64,000 nucleotides of DNA from a candidate division TM6 bacterium GW2011_GWF2_37_49. Its GTDB lineage: Bacteria > Babelota > Babeliae > Babelales > RVW-14. The DNA is taken from positions 33,847 through 97,846 of the forward strand of contig LBTE01000003.1 in assembly GCA_000989955.1 (NCBI GenBank), given 5' to 3'. The notes below the pieces were generated by a model. The model was not told where the DNA came from and did not search any database. It saw only the letters and a list, made by a program, of their open reading frames with translations. The position numbers and the translations under genes are program-made. This document shows, piece by piece, positions 58,942 to 64,000 of this stretch (the first letter of the stretch is position 1; each line of letters opens with the position of its first letter).

Positions 58942-60408
58942 TCACTTCCTTGTTTTGCCTGCGATTACGTCTTTAATATCTTGTATTTGCTTTTCATCTT
59001 CTTGTCGTGATTTTTGAAGTTCAGCAAGCTGTTTTTGATTGTCTTTTAAACGGTCTGTTTCGTCGTTAAATTTTCTAAAGTTAGCTGTAATTTGTTCTTT
59101 TTGTTGCTCAATATCAAGCCTTTCATCAAGTGACCTCCATGTCGTTTCGTTAATCTTATCAAGCAACTCTTGCGCGTAGGCATCTACTCCTTTTAACGGC
59201 TGAGTCGCTTCAGTAGATTGTGGATCTTTACCCTCTTTTTGTTTTTGCAATTCATCGTGCTTAGCCTTAAAATCAGCTTCTATTTTTTTTATAGATTCTT
59301 CTCTTTTTTTAATCTCATCTACAAGTTTAACTGTCTCTAGATACGTTTCATAAATTTTTACCTCCAAAGGCCCAATCGCAGCCTCTGCAGATTTTTGTGC
59401 TGATTTTAATATTGCTTGAGTCTCTTTATTTTTTGGATCAGCTTTTACCGCGACTTGCAATGCGGCTACAGTCTCAACAAGCTGTTGTGGCGTTCTTTTA
59501 TCAACATATACTGCTCGCTTTGCTGCTTCTTTGGCATTTTCTTGAGCTGTTTCTAATTTATTAATTTTGGTATAAACTTCTTTCCTAGCAGCTTCTAAAT
59601 CGGATTTTTGTTGAGTCAATTTTTCAATCTCGGCGCCTGACTTGGATTTATCTTCCATTTTTTTATCAATTACCGCAATTTGTTTGGTAAGTTTACCAAC
59701 TTTCGCCGTTTCATCTTTTATTGCTTTGCCTAGCTCTTTGATTTGCTTTTGTGTTTTTTTTATACCTTCTTGAACTTGATAGCGTAAAGATTGGTATTTA
59801 ATGAGCTGATCAGGTGTTTTTAAGCCTTTCTTTGCCAATTCTTCAATAGCATCAATTCCTTGATCAACAAATAAACGGTTAGCGTTACTTGATTTCGCCA
59901 AGGTATCTTGTTTATCAGCCTTTCTAGATTCAGCATCTTTTTTAAAATTTTGAAATCGCTGTTCGATAGCCTTAAATACAGAATTAAATGCCTTTGGCGC
60001 ACCTTCTTGCTCTTTTTTGACCTGCGCATCCGCAAAATTAGTCGCATCAGGTTGTTGCTTTGGCTGTGGTTGGAATATTGGCTTGGGCATGAAGGGTTGA
60101 TCAGGAGCTAGTTTATGCGGAGTCTGTGCCTGTAAAAATGGCTTGATTGTTGATGGAGAATCTGGCTGTTTTGGAGGAATATCTGTTGAAGATGGCAGCC
60201 TATGCCCACCTATAACAGGCACCTTTTTTGTTTGTGGGTCCGTTGGCACTTTGCCTTTGGACCAAGGTTGACCAGGTTTCTGATATTCTTCTTGTTTCTT
60301 TTCCGCTTTATCAACTTTCCACTCACTGCCTTCCATTCCAAAAACGTTGTCCGATACGAGTATGACTAGGCTGATAAACAATATTTGTGATATTCCGTGA
60401 CGCTTCAT
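58942..60408 (-). CDS. Secreted Pro-rich/coiled-coil protein, paralog family member 1
   Basis: MKRHGISQILFISLVILVS leader; KAFNSVFKA, LKTPDQLI, RTPQQLVETVAAL shared with neighbours. Confidence 0.8.
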   Translation of the reverse strand: MKRHGISQILFISLVILVSDNVFGMEGSEWKVDKAEKKQEEYQKPGQPWSKGKVPTDPQTKKVPVIGGHRLPSSTDIPPKQPDSPSTIKPFLQAQTPHKLAPDQPFMPKPIFQPQPKQQPDATNFADAQVKKEQEGAPKAFNSVFKAIEQRFQNFKKDAESRKADKQDTLAKSSNANRLFVDQGIDAIEELAKKGLKTPDQLIKYQSLRYQVQEGIKKTQKQIKELGKAIKDETAKVGKLTKQIAVIDKKMEDKSKSGAEIEKLTQQKSDLEAARKEVYTKINKLETAQENAKEAAKRAVYVDKRTPQQLVETVAALQVAVKADPKNKETQAILKSAQKSAEAAIGPLEVKIYETYLETVKLVDEIKKREESIKKIEADFKAKHDELQKQKEGKDPQSTEATQPLKGVDAYAQELLDKINETTWRSLDERLDIEQQKEQITANFRKFNDETDRLKDNQKQLAELQKSRQEDEKQIQDIKDVIAGKTRK

Positions 60409-60511
60409 TATTTTTCCTTTCTCAATTTATAACTGCACTAGCACACGTATCACGAATATAGATAGTTGTTGAAGAAAATGAAATAAAATAATTATTTATT
60501 AATTTTTATAT

Positions 60512-60646
60512 CGAGTTTTATTGATAATCGAAAAGCGTATCTGAAACCAACGTCCAGATCATGCCTGGAAGCCCGCATCTAAAAAAATATTATTTTCTTG
60601 TTAGCGCCGATTGGTAGGCGCGTTTTGACGAATGGGGTTGATGTAT
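60512..60646 (-). repeat. 135-bp dispersed intergenic element, copy 14
   Basis: cgcatctaaaaaaatattattttcttg, gccgat, gatgtat at fixed offsets; other end degenerate. Confidence 0.8.
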
Positions 60647-60674
60647 ACCCCTGTGGAAGATTGATTTGGCTCGT

Positions 60675-60711
60675 ATAATCGAGAGGCGGTGATTAGCCGC
60701 CTCTCGATTAT
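60675..60711. terminator. Terminator-like hairpin after 60722..63313
   Basis: ataatcgagaggcgg / ccgcctctcgattat 15-bp stem. Confidence 0.75.
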
Positions 60712-60721
60712 TGTTATTGAT

Positions 60722-63313
60722 TTATTCAGATTCAAGAAGCTGTTTTTTTGTATTGACTGTCATCTGCATATCATACACATGCTGATATCCGCTGCTTTTT
60801 TCATCAATTATTGCCATGACTTTATCTATATTTTCCGCAAGTTTGGACATTGCCGATAGCCGCTCTTGTTTAGTTGGTAAAGCCTCAATTTTTTGTAGTG
60901 TACCATTAATATCTTTTACAAGGCCTTGTGCCGTTTTATAGCCTATCACTCTTGTACCTTTTTGGCTGGGTCCGGATTTTGGTTTGGTTAATTCTTGAAG
61001 CGGTTCCTCTTTTAGCCATGCACTCGTTGTATCAACTTCTGTTGTGGCGCTTTGTTTCCTGTCCTGCGCAGCTTTTGCATCTTCCTCTGTTGCTGGTCTT
61101 AATGCTGGCATATCGTCATCTTCTTTCGGCCGCTTGCCTGCAATCGCATTTTTGAGTGATTGTAACTCTTTTTCTGTAGACTGTTGTGATTGCGCAAGCT
61201 GATCAAGCGCCTTGTCTGCTGCATGTAATTCTTTTTGATTTTGTTCAAGCCAGGCTTGTGACGAATAGATTTTAGTATCAAGATCCTTACGTTTTATTGT
61301 TAATTCAGCTTTTACTTTTGTAGGTGTCTTTGGGTCTTTAATTTTTTCGTCATATTCGTTAAGCTTTTTTTGGTCAGTCATCTGTTGCAACGAAACTTCA
61401 CTTATTCGTTTTATACTTTTTTGAACAGTATCTTCCTGCTTGGCGACATCTTTAGCATCTTCCTTGCGTTTCTGCTCTAATTCTTTGAGTTTTGCTTGTG
61501 CGTCTTTTGTGGCTGATTTTAATGTTGCTGGAGCCCCTGGAGATGTGTCGTCTCGCAATGCGAATACCGTAGCGGCAATCTGTTGCGGCGTTCTGGTATC
61601 TGCAGGTATTGGCGTTTTGGCGACCGCTTCGGCTGTTGCTTTGGCGCGAGCTAATGATTCGATTTTAGATTCGCAGCCTCGATATTTTACGGCTGTTTGC
61701 GATATATTCATCAAAATAGCGTTTTTTTGTGTACTTAATGCTTGTATTTCTGCATCCAATTTTGCGATTTTTGTTTGAGTGTCACCATCAGTACTAGCGC
61801 TTTCTGGTTTACTTTCTAGCTCTTTTTTAATTTGCTCTAATTGTTTAATTTTCGTATTCAATTTCTGTTCATCTTTAACAAGTTTTTTACGTTTTGAATC
61901 CAAGGCTTTTTGCTCTGCATCAACTTCTTTTATGGCTGCGTCTAGCTCTTTGGCTTGACCTTGTGCTTTTTTTACATTTTCTTGAACTTGGTCGCGTAAA
62001 TATTGGCATGCAATGAGCTGATCGGTATTTTTTAAGCCTGTATCTTGCAATTGATCTATGGCCTTAATACTATCGTCAACAACTTGCTGGATAGCTTTAC
62101 TTGATTCCACCAAGAGATTTTGTTGAGTCGCTTTTTTAGCTTCAAGCTCTTTTTTATTTACTTGAATTTGCTGTTCGAGAGCTTTTTTCATGTTGCCAGG
62201 AGCATCTTTTGCTTGCTTAACAAGCGCAACCACTTTTTGATCTAACAGTCTTATCTCGCTGGATATCTTATCATAAAAATTGCTTAAGTCGCCAAAAGCT
62301 TTATCTACAGCCTTAAATACAGCATTAAATGCTTTTTGTGCACCTCCTTGCGCTCTCTTGACGTGCGCATCCAGTGTTGCGGTAGCTTGATCTAGTTTTG
62401 TTTTTATTTTTGTAAGTTCAATATCTCTTCTTATATCTTCTGCAACTTTCTTAATTGATTCAAGATTTTTTTTGGCCTGTTCAAATTCAGCCTTTCTGTC
62501 AACATTTTTGTGATCTTTGTGTAGCGCTGTCTTGGCGTTGCCTACATCATCTTGGTATGCAGAAATTAATTTTTTAGTGCTTGTCTCTCTTTCCTTCAAG
62601 CTTTCTGATAATTCTTGTTGTTTAGTTTCAAGTTGTTTTTGTTGCTTTTTAATCTCTTCGTCTGTCGCTTTTCTACCATCTGGCAAAAATTCGCCTAACC
62701 GCGTGGCATTTAATTCCATAATCTTCTTTTGAATATCGCTTATATCTTGATATATTTGATCGGAAGCCTCTTTGTGTGTCGCAATTTCGATTATACGTTC
62801 ATTTTTTTTGTATGCAAATTCATCCGGATCCGCTGTTTCACGCCTTGAAGCGGTTTGGCCACCAGGCTTATGAGCCGCATCATCAGTTAAACCCATTCCT
62901 CCAACAAATTGACCATCTTGTTTTGGCGTTAAAGGCTGTAGTTTAAAATCAGTAAATCTAGACGTAGATGGCTTTGATGCAAAAGCTGTAGGAATATCTG
63001 TGGGTGAAAATGGCTTGGGCATGGAGGATTGTTCAGGAGCTGGTTTATGCGGAATCTGTGCGGGTGAAAGTGGCATGATTGTGGATAAATCTTTTTTTGA
63101 TTGGGTAGGAATATATGCGGGTGATGTTGGCTTAGGTGTGCCTGGAGTGTCGGGAAGCATCCTTTCTTTCTGTCCTTCTAATTTTTTTTGATATTCATCA
63201 GCTTTAGCAGCTTTGGCCGCATCTGCCCCATCTTCCGGTCCTCCAAAAACTTTGCCCGATACGAGTATGACTAGGCTGATAAACAATATCTGTGATATTC
63301 CGTAACGTTTCAT
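60722..63313 (-). CDS. Secreted Pro-rich/coiled-coil protein, paralog family member 2
   Basis: MKRYGISQILFISLVILVS leader; KAFNAVFKA, LKNTDQLI, ADTRTPQQ. Confidence 0.8.
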   Translation of the reverse strand: MKRYGISQILFISLVILVSGKVFGGPEDGADAAKAAKADEYQKKLEGQKERMLPDTPGTPKPTSPAYIPTQSKKDLSTIMPLSPAQIPHKPAPEQSSMPKPFSPTDIPTAFASKPSTSRFTDFKLQPLTPKQDGQFVGGMGLTDDAAHKPGGQTASRRETADPDEFAYKKNERIIEIATHKEASDQIYQDISDIQKKIMELNATRLGEFLPDGRKATDEEIKKQQKQLETKQQELSESLKERETSTKKLISAYQDDVGNAKTALHKDHKNVDRKAEFEQAKKNLESIKKVAEDIRRDIELTKIKTKLDQATATLDAHVKRAQGGAQKAFNAVFKAVDKAFGDLSNFYDKISSEIRLLDQKVVALVKQAKDAPGNMKKALEQQIQVNKKELEAKKATQQNLLVESSKAIQQVVDDSIKAIDQLQDTGLKNTDQLIACQYLRDQVQENVKKAQGQAKELDAAIKEVDAEQKALDSKRKKLVKDEQKLNTKIKQLEQIKKELESKPESASTDGDTQTKIAKLDAEIQALSTQKNAILMNISQTAVKYRGCESKIESLARAKATAEAVAKTPIPADTRTPQQIAATVFALRDDTSPGAPATLKSATKDAQAKLKELEQKRKEDAKDVAKQEDTVQKSIKRISEVSLQQMTDQKKLNEYDEKIKDPKTPTKVKAELTIKRKDLDTKIYSSQAWLEQNQKELHAADKALDQLAQSQQSTEKELQSLKNAIAGKRPKEDDDMPALRPATEEDAKAAQDRKQSATTEVDTTSAWLKEEPLQELTKPKSGPSQKGTRVIGYKTAQGLVKDINGTLQKIEALPTKQERLSAMSKLAENIDKVMAIIDEKSSGYQHVYDMQMTVNTKKQLLESE

Positions 63314-63348
63314 TATTTTTCCTTTCTCAATTTATAACTGCACTAGAA

Positions 63349-64000
63349 CTATCGTTTTTGCGTCATCGACGTTTCAGTCTGAGTTGGCGACCTCACAGTG
63401 CCTGCAATCGCATCTTTGAGTGAATCTATGACGACTAATTCAGCTGTCATTGTTTTTGATTGAGCATCATACGCATCTTTGGCACGCTTTTGCTGTCCAG
63501 TACCCTTTTCTTGTTTTAACCACTGTTTTCGCAGCCCTCTTAACTTTTTAGCATCTTCCTTGCGTTTCTGCTCTAATTCCTTGACCCTTGCTTGTGCGTC
63601 TTTTTGTGCTGATTTTAACATTGCTGAAGCCGCTACAGACTTGTCGGCTCGCAATGCGGATACCGTATCGACAAGCTGTTGCGTCGTTCTGGTATCTGCA
63701 GGTATTTCAATTTTGGCGACCGCGGAGGCTGTTTTTTTAGCAAGATCTAATTCTGTTTTTTTCTCTCTGCATTCGTCAAGCTTTGCGACTATTGACGGCA
63801 CCTCCGTAGCAATAGATGCTTTTTTTGCTTCTAACGCTTTTATTTTTTCATCCAATTTTGCGATTTTTGATTGAGTGTCACCATCGGGGCCTTCTTGTTT
63901 ATTAGTTAGCTTTGTTTTAGATGCTTGTAATTTTTTAATTTCTTTATTCAATTTCAATGTATCCGTAGTAAGTTCGATTCTTTTTGACAACAAGGCTTTT
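63349..64000 (-). CDS. Coiled-coil protein, paralog family member 3 (probably truncated by window edge)
   Basis: DGDTQSKIAKLD, IPADTRTTQQ, KELEQKRKEDAK, LKDAIAG shared with 60722..63313. Confidence 0.8.
   Translation of the reverse strand, partial: KALLSKRIELTTDTLKLNKEIKKLQASKTKLTNKQEGPDGDTQSKIAKLDEKIKALEAKKASIATEVPSIVAKLDECREKKTELDLAKKTASAVAKIEIPADTRTTQQLVDTVSALRADKSVAASAMLKSAQKDAQARVKELEQKRKEDAKKLRGLRKQWLKQEKGTGQQKRAKDAYDAQSKTMTAELVVIDSLKDAIAGTVRSPTQTETSMTQKR

Overview
AT-rich bacterial chromosome segment. The gene mix (housekeeping genes interleaved with signal-peptide ankyrin, WD40, cPLA2-like, MutS-domain-V and coiled-coil proteins, several stand-alone AAA ATPases, mevalonate-pathway genes) suggests a protist-associated intracellular bacterium such as Babeliae/Dependentiae (inference, not a database result). 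Housekeeping content: tkt, mvaD/mvaK2, cdsA, truA, lgt-dnaG-rpoD, prs, pepA, biotin carboxylase and carrier, murC, TamB-like, and tRNA-Asp, -Asn and -Val. The main unexplained signal is a dispersed non-coding element found 14 times (13 full, 1 partial). Its core is 135 bp in 12 full copies and 136 bp in one, and aligns almost without gaps. Short motifs are conserved at fixed offsets (ATACAT..ATCGGC..CAAGAAATTAACAATTTTTTAG..GATTGG..CGAAT..TGCAAAAAGTGC) while the sequence between them diverges. In 11 of 14 cases it lies in the same orientation just 3' of a stop codon, at least one copy is a mosaic of others, and three copies bound a cassette-like run of ATPase genes. Other items not evident from the ORF track: a hisIE pseudogene before prs, a probable att relic of a tRNA-Asn island, nested REP/MITE elements, palindromic operators before each AAA_14 gene, two split genes, and a tandem family of secreted coiled-coil paralogs. 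All assignments are from motif recognition by eye.
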